From a virus (Duplodnaviria > Caudoviricetes): DNA of 55,966 nt. The notes below the pieces were generated by a model. The model did no database searches and was not told where the DNA came from. It saw only the letters and a program-made list of their open reading frames with translations. The DNA lies in IMG/VR virus record IMGVR_UViG_3300042301_003333, positions 1-55,966 of that record; one strand, 5' to 3'. Within the stretch, counting starts at the first letter, position 1, and each line of letters opens with the position of its first letter. Made by a program: the position numbers and the translations under genes. Positions 1 through 6,970 of this stretch are shown here, one piece after another.

Positions 1-408
1 GGCCCACTTGCAACTCACCGCTCCGCTAATCCCCCCCCCCTGTTCCGTCGATTCGCAGACCGCCCGTAGCGCCTGCTCCAGAAGTGGCGGGAGTGCTTTT
101 CCGCGCTTTGCGGCGCGGCGCAGAATCCCCGCGCATGCCCTCGGCGAGAGAAAGTATTTCGCCGGCACATTCTCCTCCAAGATCTGCGACAAGGAACACT
201 CTTCGGCGACGCTGAGCCACTCGGTGGTAGCGGCTGTCCAGCACTCGCCACGCGACGTCACGCGCCCCGACGTCGACCAGCGTTTGGAGGACGACAGCAA
301 AGTCTCGGCCACCGTTGCTGCTGAAAAGTCCGGGGACGTTCTCGGCGATGGCGATGTCTGGCTTGCCGTCGCGCGCCCGAAGTTCGCAAATAACTCTAAC
401 TGCTTCAT
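1..408 (-). CDS. Overlapping +1-frame methyltransferase beta-type polypeptide (M.EcoHK31I-beta-like), open at the window edge
   Basis: ATG at 408 gives MKQLELFANFGR...GECWTAATTEWLSVAEECSLSQILEENVPAKYFLSPRACAGILRRAAKRGKALPPLLEQALRAV...GGGISGAVSCKWA with no stop before base 1; absent from the ORF track. Confidence 0.75.
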   Translation of the reverse strand, partial: MKQLELFANFGRATASQTSPSPRTSPDFSAATVAETLLSSSKRWSTSGRVTSRGECWTAATTEWLSVAEECSLSQILEENVPAKYFLSPRACAGILRRAAKRGKALPPLLEQALRAVCESTEQGGGISGAVSCKWA

Positions 409-697
409 GGAAGAGTCCGCTCCGCGCGCCATCGAGGCCCGCACGTTTGCCGGCCACCGAGAGGTCTTGGCATGGAAAGCCGTAGGTGATGACGTCGACC
501 GGCGCGAGGTTGTGCGCTCCGACCTTCGTCACGTCGTCGTGCAGATCGGCCTCGGGGAATCGCAGTCGGAGGACGGCCTGCGCCTTGTCGTCAATCTCAA
601 CGGCCCACGCCGTCTCAAAGCCCGCCCGACGGAAGCCGAGGTCAAACCCTCCGACGCCAGCGAACAGCGAGCCGATGCGAAGCTTGCGGTCGGTCAC
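26..697 (-). CDS. C5 cytosine DNA methyltransferase, alpha frame (motifs I-VIII), ending just after a G10 tract
   Basis: SLFAGVGG (I), GFPCQDLS (IV), ENVPG (VI), AQRRRRVF (VIII); GTG start at 697 overlaps the upstream stop (GTGA); TAG at 28-26 follows the G10 run. Confidence 0.9.
   Translation of the reverse strand: MTDRKLRIGSLFAGVGGFDLGFRRAGFETAWAVEIDDKAQAVLRLRFPEADLHDDVTKVGAHNLAPVDVITYGFPCQDLSVAGKRAGLDGARSGLFHEAVRVICELRARDGKPDIAIAENVPGLFSSNGGRDFAVVLQTLVDVGARDVAWRVLDSRYHRVAQRRRRVFLVADLGGECAGEILSLAEGMRGDSAPRRKARKSTPATSGAGATGGLRIDGTGGGD
31..40 (-). repeat. G10 homopolymer (C10 on + strand) inside the methyltransferase
   Basis: Directly read: cccccccccc at 31-40. Confidence 0.95.
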
Positions 698-900
698 TGC
701 TCTCCCCTCGCCGCCGCTTCGGCCATCGTCTGCGCGGCCTCGAGCGTCGGCGCGTAGCCCTTCGCTCCCGCTCGGCTCGTCGTCGGCAGACAGATCCATG
801 ACCACCAGCCCATGCGCGACCGAAGGACGTACACCGCCGCCCCGTCGACCGTCGCCCGGAGGCCGCCGTCGCTGTGCGAGAGCGGGTGCCAGGTGGTCAT
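694..900 (-). CDS. Small hypothetical phage protein
   Basis: ATGA/GTGA coupling to both neighbours; MTTWHPL...APTLEAAQTMAEAAARGEQ. Confidence 0.7.
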   Translation of the reverse strand: MTTWHPLSHSDGGLRATVDGAAVYVLRSRMGWWSWICLPTTSRAGAKGYAPTLEAAQTMAEAAARGEQ

Positions 901-1235
901 CGCTGTCCCCAGGTTCGCCGGCAGCCGTTGCAGCGCCACTCAGTCAGCCAAGGCATCTCAGCGAGCGCCTTACCCGTCGTGTGCGTCTCGCTGCTACCGC
1001 AGTTGCCGCAGTAGTTGAACATGCCAACGGATTGATAACGAGCGTCGCCTCCCGTCAGCGTTACCGATCCGCCATGCCTCGGGAGTCGTCGCTCAAGGTC
1101 CGCGACCTTCGCCTCCAGCTCCTTGACCCGCCGCACCATGTCCGCGTGCGTCTCACCTTGGCAGACATCGCAGGACTCGCGGTCCGCTCGTGCCGCACCA
1201 TCGTCATGCATGTGCCACTCGCCGGCGGTCGTCAC
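897..1235 (-). CDS. Hypothetical protein with coiled coil and CxxC zinc-ribbon motifs
   Basis: CDVC, CGNC and CNGC motifs; GTGA-coupled start at 1235. Confidence 0.65.
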   Translation of the reverse strand: MTTAGEWHMHDDGAARADRESCDVCQGETHADMVRRVKELEAKVADLERRLPRHGGSVTLTGGDARYQSVGMFNYCGNCGSSETHTTGKALAEMPWLTEWRCNGCRRTWGQR

Positions 1236-1429
1236 TTGGCGTCCCTCACCGCCGCAACCGCAGCGGCCTTGGCGGCGTCGAGGGTATCGGCACGGCCCCA
1301 CTTCTTGACCGGAGACAACAGCGCCTCCCAGCGAAAACACACGCTCGGGAGCCCGTAGATATGCACGGCGACTCCGTCGACGATGCCAGCGACCGCATCC
1401 ACGGGAATCCACTCCACCTCGGCGCTCAC
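1232..1429 (-). CDS. Small hypothetical phage protein, similar to 694-900
   Basis: Coupled start and stop; GIVDGVAVHI...ADTLDAAKAAA. Confidence 0.7.
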   Translation of the reverse strand: MSAEVEWIPVDAVAGIVDGVAVHIYGLPSVCFRWEALLSPVKKWGRADTLDAAKAAAVAAVRDAK

Positions 1430-1731
1430 TTGCCGCCCCGCTTACCCTTGCCGGCGACGAGCTCCTCGACGAAGGACGCCAGCGTGGCCGTCACCACGGA
1501 CAGCCGCGTGACCTCGGCGCGCAGCGCGAGCACCTGCGACGAGACGGTCTGCCCCGGCTTGCGGGCCTTCTTGACCCACCGCCGGAACGTCTCGCGGTTG
1601 ACGCCGATGCTGTCTGCGAACGCGGGCGACGACAGCTTGCCGGCGGCAAACCGCTCGACCGCCTTCTCTCGGAACTCGGCCGTATAGAGCGTCGTCTCGC
1701 GGCGCTGCATGACTCGTTCGACCTTCTTCAT
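1426..1731 (-). CDS. HTH DNA-binding protein resembling IS3-family OrfA (HTH plus leucine zipper)
   Basis: YTAEFREKAV...FADSIGVNRETFRRWVKK followed by VLALRAEVTRL; ATGA-coupled start at 1731. Confidence 0.7.
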   Translation of the reverse strand: MKKVERVMQRRETTLYTAEFREKAVERFAAGKLSSPAFADSIGVNRETFRRWVKKARKPGQTVSSQVLALRAEVTRLSVVTATLASFVEELVAGKGKRGGK

Positions 1732-2015
1732 TTGCCATCTCCCCTCTCGCTCGCCTCTGTCCAGCCCTCTCCCCGCATCAGCCGCTCGGCGGCGACCTGC
1801 ATCGCGTTCTGGAGAGGCTGCACCGACGGCCCCGCCATCGACAAGGTGACAACCGGGACCGGCGACCCGCGCCGGTACATCAGCGCGCACCAGCCGTCGG
1901 GCGGCGAGCCGACCATCTCGACCTCGATGCGCCCGTCGTACGCAGTGCCGGCAAACCGCGTGATGCGGCCCTCGCTCGGACTGCCGTGCGGGAAGGTCCA
2001 GGCGATCGGGTTCAC
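1728..2015 (-). CDS. Hypothetical protein
   Basis: GTG start at 2015 with GGAGG RBS, overlapping the upstream stop; MNPIAWTFPHG... Confidence 0.6.
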   Translation of the reverse strand: MNPIAWTFPHGSPSEGRITRFAGTAYDGRIEVEMVGSPPDGWCALMYRRGSPVPVVTLSMAGPSVQPLQNAMQVAAERLMRGEGWTEASERGDGK

Positions 2016-2284
2016 GACCGCCTCCGCTTGCGCGACCGCACCGAGCCGTAGCCGTCGCCGGAGCCGTAGCCGTAGCCGTCGCCGTAGCCGGAGCCGGAGC
2101 CGGAGCCGTAGCCGTCGCCGTAGCCGTAGCCGTCGCCGGAGCCGGAGCCGTAGCCGTCGCCGGAGCCGTAGCCGGAGCCGTAGCCGTCGCCGTAGCCGTC
2201 GCCGGAGCCGTAGCCGTCGCCGTAGCCGGAGCCAGAGCCGGAGCCGTAGCCGGAGCCGGAGCCAACAGGCCGCGTCGGGCTCAC
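2012..2284 (-). CDS. Gly-rich (G-Y/S/D)n repeat protein
   Basis: 37 consecutive Gly-X dipeptides and a basic tail RSRKRRRS; GTGA coupling at both ends selects this frame. Confidence 0.75.
   Translation of the reverse strand: MSPTRPVGSGSGYGSGSGSGYGDGYGSGDGYGDGYGSGYGSGDGYGSGSGDGYGYGDGYGSGSGSGYGDGYGYGSGDGYGSVRSRKRRRS
2042..2263 (-). repeat. Array of 37 hexamers, almost all GGCTAC/GGCTCC/GGCGAC
   Basis: Directly read; 222 bp. Confidence 0.95.
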
Positions 2285-2610
2285 TTGAGTCCCCACCCGT
2301 CATGCACCGGCACGCAGAAGATCTCGGCGTCCTCGGGCATGTCGACGTCGGCGATGGGTCGCAGGTCGCCCTTTTCGGTCTCCACCAGCTTCGCAAAACC
2401 GATGGACTCCCACTTGAAGACCCAGACGGCCCGCGAGAGGTGGATGCGGCCGTTCTCGCGCTTGACGTCGCCCGCGAAGATCCAGCCTCGGTCGACGACG
2501 ACCACGGCGCGCGTGCCGGCGGGACGAGGTTGGACGGGGGCGTACTCGACGCCGTTGATGGTGATCGTGTTGTTCATGGTCAGTGTCCCCTTCTGGTTGT
2601 TGTCAGACAT
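2281..2610 (-). CDS. Conserved phage hypothetical protein (DUF6948-like) of the type found upstream of GYG-repeat genes
   Basis: ITINGVEY...AVVVVDRGWIFAGDV...AVWVFKW; TGATG-coupled start at 2610 (alternative ATG at 2577). Confidence 0.7.
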   Translation of the reverse strand: MSDNNQKGTLTMNNTITINGVEYAPVQPRPAGTRAVVVVDRGWIFAGDVKRENGRIHLSRAVWVFKWESIGFAKLVETEKGDLRPIADVDMPEDAEIFCVPVHDGWGLK

Positions 2611-2903
2611 CACTTGCCTCCCTGCGCCCCGGTGAGCGCCTCCGGTCCGAGCGGCGGTCGGCCCGCCGCGTGCCAGGCGAGGGCGCGGCGTTCGAGCTCC
2701 TCGACGGAGGCGCCGAGGGTCCGAGCCAGCCCGACAACGCCCTTGAGGCCGACGCCCGACTGATGCTGCCGGAGTTGCGACACGAAGCCGGTCGTCACGC
2801 CCATGCGCTTGGCGAGCTCCATCAGCCGTCGGCCGTCGCGGTCCCATGCGTTTGCGACCTCGGCCGCGTACCCGCTGACTGCCTTCCTCGTCTCGTCGTC
2901 CAT
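2610..2903 (-). CDS. XRE/Cro-like HTH transcriptional regulator
   Basis: LMELAKRMGVTTGFVSQLR...LARTLGASVEEL; AAGGAG RBS; first gene of the leftward operon. Confidence 0.8.
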   Translation of the reverse strand: MDDETRKAVSGYAAEVANAWDRDGRRLMELAKRMGVTTGFVSQLRQHQSGVGLKGVVGLARTLGASVEELERRALAWHAAGRPPLGPEALTGAQGGK

Positions 2904-3029
2904 CGCTTTCTCCTTGCTTCGTTGTAGCGTGCTAAACTAGTGTTCTCTCTCGCAGCTTAGGCGACTGCGTTGAGCGCGGTCAAGACAAAATCAACCGAGG
3001 TGTCAACCTCAAGACCGAAAGGAGGGCGG
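2904..3029. promoter_or_regulatory. Divergent early promoter/operator region
   Basis: Lower-GC gap between divergent operons; minus-strand TTGACC(2983-2978)-18 nt-TAAGCT(2959-2954); plus-strand TGcTAAACT at 2930-2938. Confidence 0.55.
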
Positions 3030-3497
3030 ATGGCAGGATACGAAAAGGCGAAGCTGATCCAGATGTCCCGATGGGAACCGTGGGCGGATGCGTACTTCCG
3101 AGCCATGAGTTCGCATCAGAAGCTCGCGTGGATGTTCATCACGACAGGCCCACACACCTATCCTGCGGTGCCGGGTCTGTACCGGCTCACGTTCGCGCAG
3201 GTCTACGAGCGCCTCGACTTGCGACACGACAACGGGGAGCCGTTGACGCGCAAAGAGGTCGCCGGGATGACTCGCGAGTTCTTCGAGCAAGGCTACATGA
3301 AGGGCGACGGCGTCACCGGCCTCATTCGTGTTTTTGCGGTCACCGCCGACATGCCGATGTCATCGGCGACCGTCGTTTGCAACCAACTCAGCAAACTGCC
3401 GGCCTGCGACCTGAAGGACGAGCACATCGTCGAGATGATGCAAGCCGTTTCATCCCCAGACGTTATCGACCTCCTCTCCCACCAGTTGGGCCGGTAG
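3030..3497 (+). CDS. Phage replication-protein N-terminal-like (winged-helix) protein
   Basis: AAGGAGG RBS; WADAYFRAMSSHQKLAWMFITTGPHT..PGLYRL resembles N-termini of phage replisome organisers. Confidence 0.7.
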   Translation: MAGYEKAKLIQMSRWEPWADAYFRAMSSHQKLAWMFITTGPHTYPAVPGLYRLTFAQVYERLDLRHDNGEPLTRKEVAGMTREFFEQGYMKGDGVTGLIRVFAVTADMPMSSATVVCNQLSKLPACDLKDEHIVEMMQAVSSPDVIDLLSHQLGR

Positions 3498-3501
3498 GAC
3501 C

Positions 3502-4524
3502 ATGCCGAACCGAATCATCAAGGACGCGATTCTCGTCAGCGCGAACATCGACCAGCTTACGGCCGACGAGGAGCGGTTTTTCTTCCGTCTCCTCCTTATC
3601 TCGGACGACTACGGCCGGTTCGACGCCCGCCCGCCGGTCATCCGGGGGCGTGCCTACCCGCTCAAGCCCGAAGTGACCGATCAGCACGTCCTGTCGTGGA
3701 TTGCCAAGCTGGTCGAGGTCGACATCCTGCACGCCTACGAGGTCAAGGGCGCGAGGTTCATCGGTTTCTCGAACTGGCACACCTATCAGAACGTCCGCGC
3801 CGGCAAGAGCAAGTACCCGAGTCCCGAGGGTGCGCAACTCTTGCACTCGGAGGACATTGTCGGCAACGGCACGCCCCTGCTTGCGCCTGCGATCATCTGC
3901 AAGCAGATGCAATCAGATGATCCGTCTTCTCGTATCTCGTCTCTCGCTTCTCGCTTCTCGTCTCTCGGTTCTCGTGTCTCGCCTCTCGTCTCTTCTCCCG
4001 AACCTTCGCCGGCTGACGCCGGCGCGGAAGGCGACCTCGGACCGGCACCCCTCCTGCTGGCAGAGACGACCGACCCGCAGCCCGCAACCCCCGCCCGCCC
4101 GACGCCCGCCGTCGACGCCACCGGACAGGCAAGCCTCATCCCGGCCACCGGCAAGCCCGACCGCCGCCGCAAGCCCGCAGGCGAGCCTGAGGACGAACCG
4201 ACCGCCACGGCTGATCTGGACCGCTGGGTGGCCCGCTACGTCGAGCTCAAGCGCCCGCCGTTCCCGCCCGCACTGACGAAGGAGGACCGGATCTTCTTCT
4301 TCCAGCAGCGCAAGGCGCGTGGCATCGACGAGCTCGTCTGGGTGCTCGAAGTCCTGCACGGCGACTCGTACAGCGCCCACCTCCCCATCCGCGCCCTCGT
4401 CGCGCCCGAGGCCGCCCAGAAGGCCGCCGGCCTCAAGGCGAAGGTCGTCCAGTCGGCTGGCCCGCAACCCTCCAAGCACATCACCGGCCGCGACCTCGAC
4501 GGCCTCTGGGCCGGCGAAGCCTAG
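3502..4524 (+). CDS. Phage replication initiator / replisome organiser
   Basis: MPNRIIK...FFRLLLISDDYGRFDARP N-terminus, low-complexity linker, directly upstream of a DnaC-like ATPase. Confidence 0.85.
   Translation: MPNRIIKDAILVSANIDQLTADEERFFFRLLLISDDYGRFDARPPVIRGRAYPLKPEVTDQHVLSWIAKLVEVDILHAYEVKGARFIGFSNWHTYQNVRAGKSKYPSPEGAQLLHSEDIVGNGTPLLAPAIICKQMQSDDPSSRISSLASRFSSLGSRVSPLVSSPEPSPADAGAEGDLGPAPLLLAETTDPQPATPARPTPAVDATGQASLIPATGKPDRRRKPAGEPEDEPTATADLDRWVARYVELKRPPFPPALTKEDRIFFFQQRKARGIDELVWVLEVLHGDSYSAHLPIRALVAPEAAQKAAGLKAKVVQSAGPQPSKHITGRDLDGLWAGEA
3928..3990 (+). repeat. Nine tandem TCTCGNN heptamers inside the initiator gene (candidate ori region)
   Basis: tctcgta tctcgtc tctcgct tctcgct tctcgtc tctcggt tctcgtg tctcgcc tctcgtc; 63 bp. 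Confidence 0.9.
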
Positions 4525-4547
4525 CCGCCGCCCGAAAGGAACCCGCC

Positions 4548-5312
4548 ATGAAGCCCCTGTCTGAACTCGCCCCCTGGGAAAACTACTCCGGCCCCGAACT
4601 CGAGGAGCGCGTCGATCTGCCGCCCGAGCCGGAGCCTGTCGCCCGACCTGAGCCCGTCGTCGTCACCCTCGACCCGAGCGACCGCCGTCGAGGCTGCCTC
4701 CGGTTCGCCGGCGTCGAGAACGAGCGCCTTGTCGAGACCATCGCGACCGGCCCCGCCTTCTGCCCCGCTTTGCCCGGTCACGAGGGTAGCCAAGCCGCCG
4801 TCGAGGCCGTCGCCGCCTTTCTCGCCCGTCCCGAGCTCGCCACCCTCGTCCTTGCCGGCAAGGCCGGTCGCGGCAAGACCTACGCCGCCATCTACCCACT
4901 CGCCCACCCGTCGCTCTGGGACATGGCGAAGCACAAGGTCTGCCAGTTCCTCCACGCCTCCCGCGTCACCGTCGGCGACCGCTGGACCGCCAAGCGGGAC
5001 GCCTGCATCGACGCCCACCTCCTCGTCGTCGACGACCTCGGCCGCGAGTCGGGCGATTGGGCGAGCGACCAGGTGCTCTCCCTCATCCTCGACCGCCACG
5101 ACAACGGCCGGAAGACCATCATCACGACCAACCTCCGCCGGTCGTCCAAGGTCGTCACACCCGAGCAGGCCGCCCAGTACCGCAACCAGTTCATGGACCT
5201 GCGGTACACCGACAGCCTCATGTCCCGCCTGTCCGACCCGACCGCCACCCGCTTCGTCGTCTGCAGGGGCGACGACATCCGCCCCACTCACACGCAGGAG
5301 TCCGCCGAATGA
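4548..5312 (+). CDS. DnaC/IstB-like AAA+ helicase loader
   Basis: Walker A GKAGRGKT, Walker B LLVVDDLG, RHDNGRKTIITTN, SLMSRL. Confidence 0.9.
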   Translation: MKPLSELAPWENYSGPELEERVDLPPEPEPVARPEPVVVTLDPSDRRRGCLRFAGVENERLVETIATGPAFCPALPGHEGSQAAVEAVAAFLARPELATLVLAGKAGRGKTYAAIYPLAHPSLWDMAKHKVCQFLHASRVTVGDRWTAKRDACIDAHLLVVDDLGRESGDWASDQVLSLILDRHDNGRKTIITTNLRRSSKVVTPEQAAQYRNQFMDLRYTDSLMSRLSDPTATRFVVCRGDDIRPTHTQESAE

Positions 5313-5806
5313 AGTTCATCGCGCCGAAAGCCCGCTCGCCCCTGCACCGCGCCGCCGAGGGCGCCGTTCAGCGCCTCGTCGAGACGCCCACCCTCCGCAC
5401 TCTGCTCGTGCTCGACGACCCAGCCGACATCTCGGCGCCGGCTGTCGCCCGCTACCTCATGGCGAGCCTCACGCCCGACAACAAGGTCGGCGCGCCCTGG
5501 TGCGACATGCTTGAACCGAACATGGGTATCCCGTCGGACGACGAGATGCTCCGGGTTCAGAACGCGCCGGTCGTCGTTTTCTACAAGGCGCACGGGTACA
5601 TCGACCCCGGCGTGCTTTACGACTTTGTGATGCTCGTGCGGAACCGGCACGAGCGCGGCCTGCGGACCATCATTACGAGCCGCGTCGAGAAGCTGGCCGA
5701 GTGGTGCCATTGGCTCACGACTCACGGCGTCAACAGAGACGAGGTGCTGCCGCTCTGGAATCTGCTCCAGTCCGACACCGGCCGTGCGGTAATACTTACC
5801 AAGTGA
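5309..5806 (+). CDS. Degenerate DnaC-like paralog lacking Walker motifs
   Basis: ATGA-coupled; retains RNRHERGLRTIITS but has no GxGK or DD. Confidence 0.6.
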   Translation: MKFIAPKARSPLHRAAEGAVQRLVETPTLRTLLVLDDPADISAPAVARYLMASLTPDNKVGAPWCDMLEPNMGIPSDDEMLRVQNAPVVVFYKAHGYIDPGVLYDFVMLVRNRHERGLRTIITSRVEKLAEWCHWLTTHGVNRDEVLPLWNLLQSDTGRAVILTK

Positions 5807-6084
5807 TGCTCCCCCCGCTCTCCCCGCTCATGCGCTCGGTCCTGCTCCGCTTCGACTCGGAGACGACTGAGACCGACGTGACCCAGTTTCTCGACGAGGA
5901 GTCCGTCCGCGAACCGGCGACGCGCGCCCGCGCCGTCCTCGAGGCGCTGTGCAATATCGGCACACTCCACCGCGAGGGCGCCGTCTACCGCGTCACGCAG
6001 CGCGGCGAGCGCGTGCGAGACCAACTCCTCGCCGACCTCGCCGAGCAGGCCCGCGCCGCCCGACCCGTCCGCCGACGCACTTGA
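5806..6084 (+). CDS. Small winged-helix-like protein
   Basis: TGATG-coupled; VLEALCNIGTLHREGAVYRVTQRG resembles a wHTH wing. Confidence 0.6.
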   Translation: MLPPLSPLMRSVLLRFDSETTETDVTQFLDEESVREPATRARAVLEALCNIGTLHREGAVYRVTQRGERVRDQLLADLAEQARAARPVRRRT

Positions 6085-6203
6085 CATAATCACGACCAGC
6101 AGGAACGGCCCGTCCGTCGCGTCTGGCGCGTCCGCCGTCCGCAGACAGCGGCACCCCTTCCGAAGCGCCCCCGACCCCCTTTCCGTCCGCGAGGCACCCG
6201 TCG

Positions 6204-6434
6204 ATGAGCGGCATCCTGTACGACCAGTCCTCCGGCATCGGCACTGCCGGCCGAGCTCGCGCCCGCCGCGACCAGGTCATCGGCATGTCGCACTCCGTCG
6301 TCCGCGAGACCGACGACGAGCTCGCCGTTCGCAGGTGGTTCTCGACCGAGGTCTCCGTCTGGCGCAGGCTCGGAAGCCGCAAGGATGACCTCTGGGAGCT
6401 TGTGACCGGAGAAACAGACAGGGGCGGCCCGTAA
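6204..6434 (+). CDS. Hypothetical protein
   Basis: 76-aa ORF with GAGG upstream. Confidence 0.45.
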   Translation: MSGILYDQSSGIGTAGRARARRDQVIGMSHSVVRETDDELAVRRWFSTEVSVWRRLGSRKDDLWELVTGETDRGGP

Positions 6435-6600
6435 CCTGCACGGCACCGCCCCTCACGCCAAAACACCACCTCATGGGGCGTCGAACCGTCGGCCACGCGC
6501 TTGCGCCCGTGTCCAGCCCGAGATGGGCCGGTCCGCTCCTTAGAGTCGGTCGCGCTCACCTATCGCGACCCCGCACCCCGGCGCTAGGGGATCCGGTCCC

Positions 6601-6819
6601 ATGACCTACAAAAAGCCCGACCCGTCCGCCGCCGTCACCGTCGTCTGCTACCCCACCGGCGGCGCCTCCCTCGCCTGCGCCGACGGCCACGTCTGGTGCG
6701 GGTCGACCCGGCTCAAGGGCTGGCAGTCGGGCGACGGCGTCGAGGACCACGCGCTCTACTTTCCGACCGTCGCCCGCGCCCTCCAGTTCGCCCGAGGCAA
6801 CGGCTGGGTGGGAGAGTAG
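6601..6819 (+). CDS. Hypothetical protein
   Basis: 72-aa ORF, GC3-rich codon usage, GGGGA upstream. Confidence 0.6.
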   Translation: MTYKKPDPSAAVTVVCYPTGGASLACADGHVWCGSTRLKGWQSGDGVEDHALYFPTVARALQFARGNGWVGE

Positions 6820-6900
6820 CTGCCGGGAACACGGGTGTCGGTCGCGTCGCCGACAGGGTTTTCGCTCAAGCTGGGCGCGGCCGAAAACGATTCGACCAAG

Positions 6901-6970
6901 AACGAAGGACACATCGAGGGACACTTCTTCTTGATCGAGGGACACCCCGAGGGATAGGGTGTCCTTCGAT
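6901..6970. repeat. Three direct and one inverted copy of a 12-mer A(T/A)CGA(G/A)GGACAC
   Basis: 6901-6912, 6913-6924, 6934-6945 and inverted GTGTCCTTCGAT at 6959-6970. Confidence 0.85.

Noticed and set aside
8-757. 249-aa + strand ORF
   Set aside because: Antisense shadow of the dual-frame methyltransferase; no motifs
1426-1731. IS3 insertion sequence
   Set aside because: No DDE transposase, terminal inverted repeats or target duplication seen
1426-2763. Long ORFs with (AT/AP)n, (RL)n or (RS)n repeats
   Set aside because: Alternative readings of the hexamer array; start/stop coupling supports the Gly-X frame
6081-6090. TTGACATAAT as a sigma70 promoter
   Set aside because: The -35-like and -10-like hexamers overlap, and there is no -10 at the proper spacing downstream
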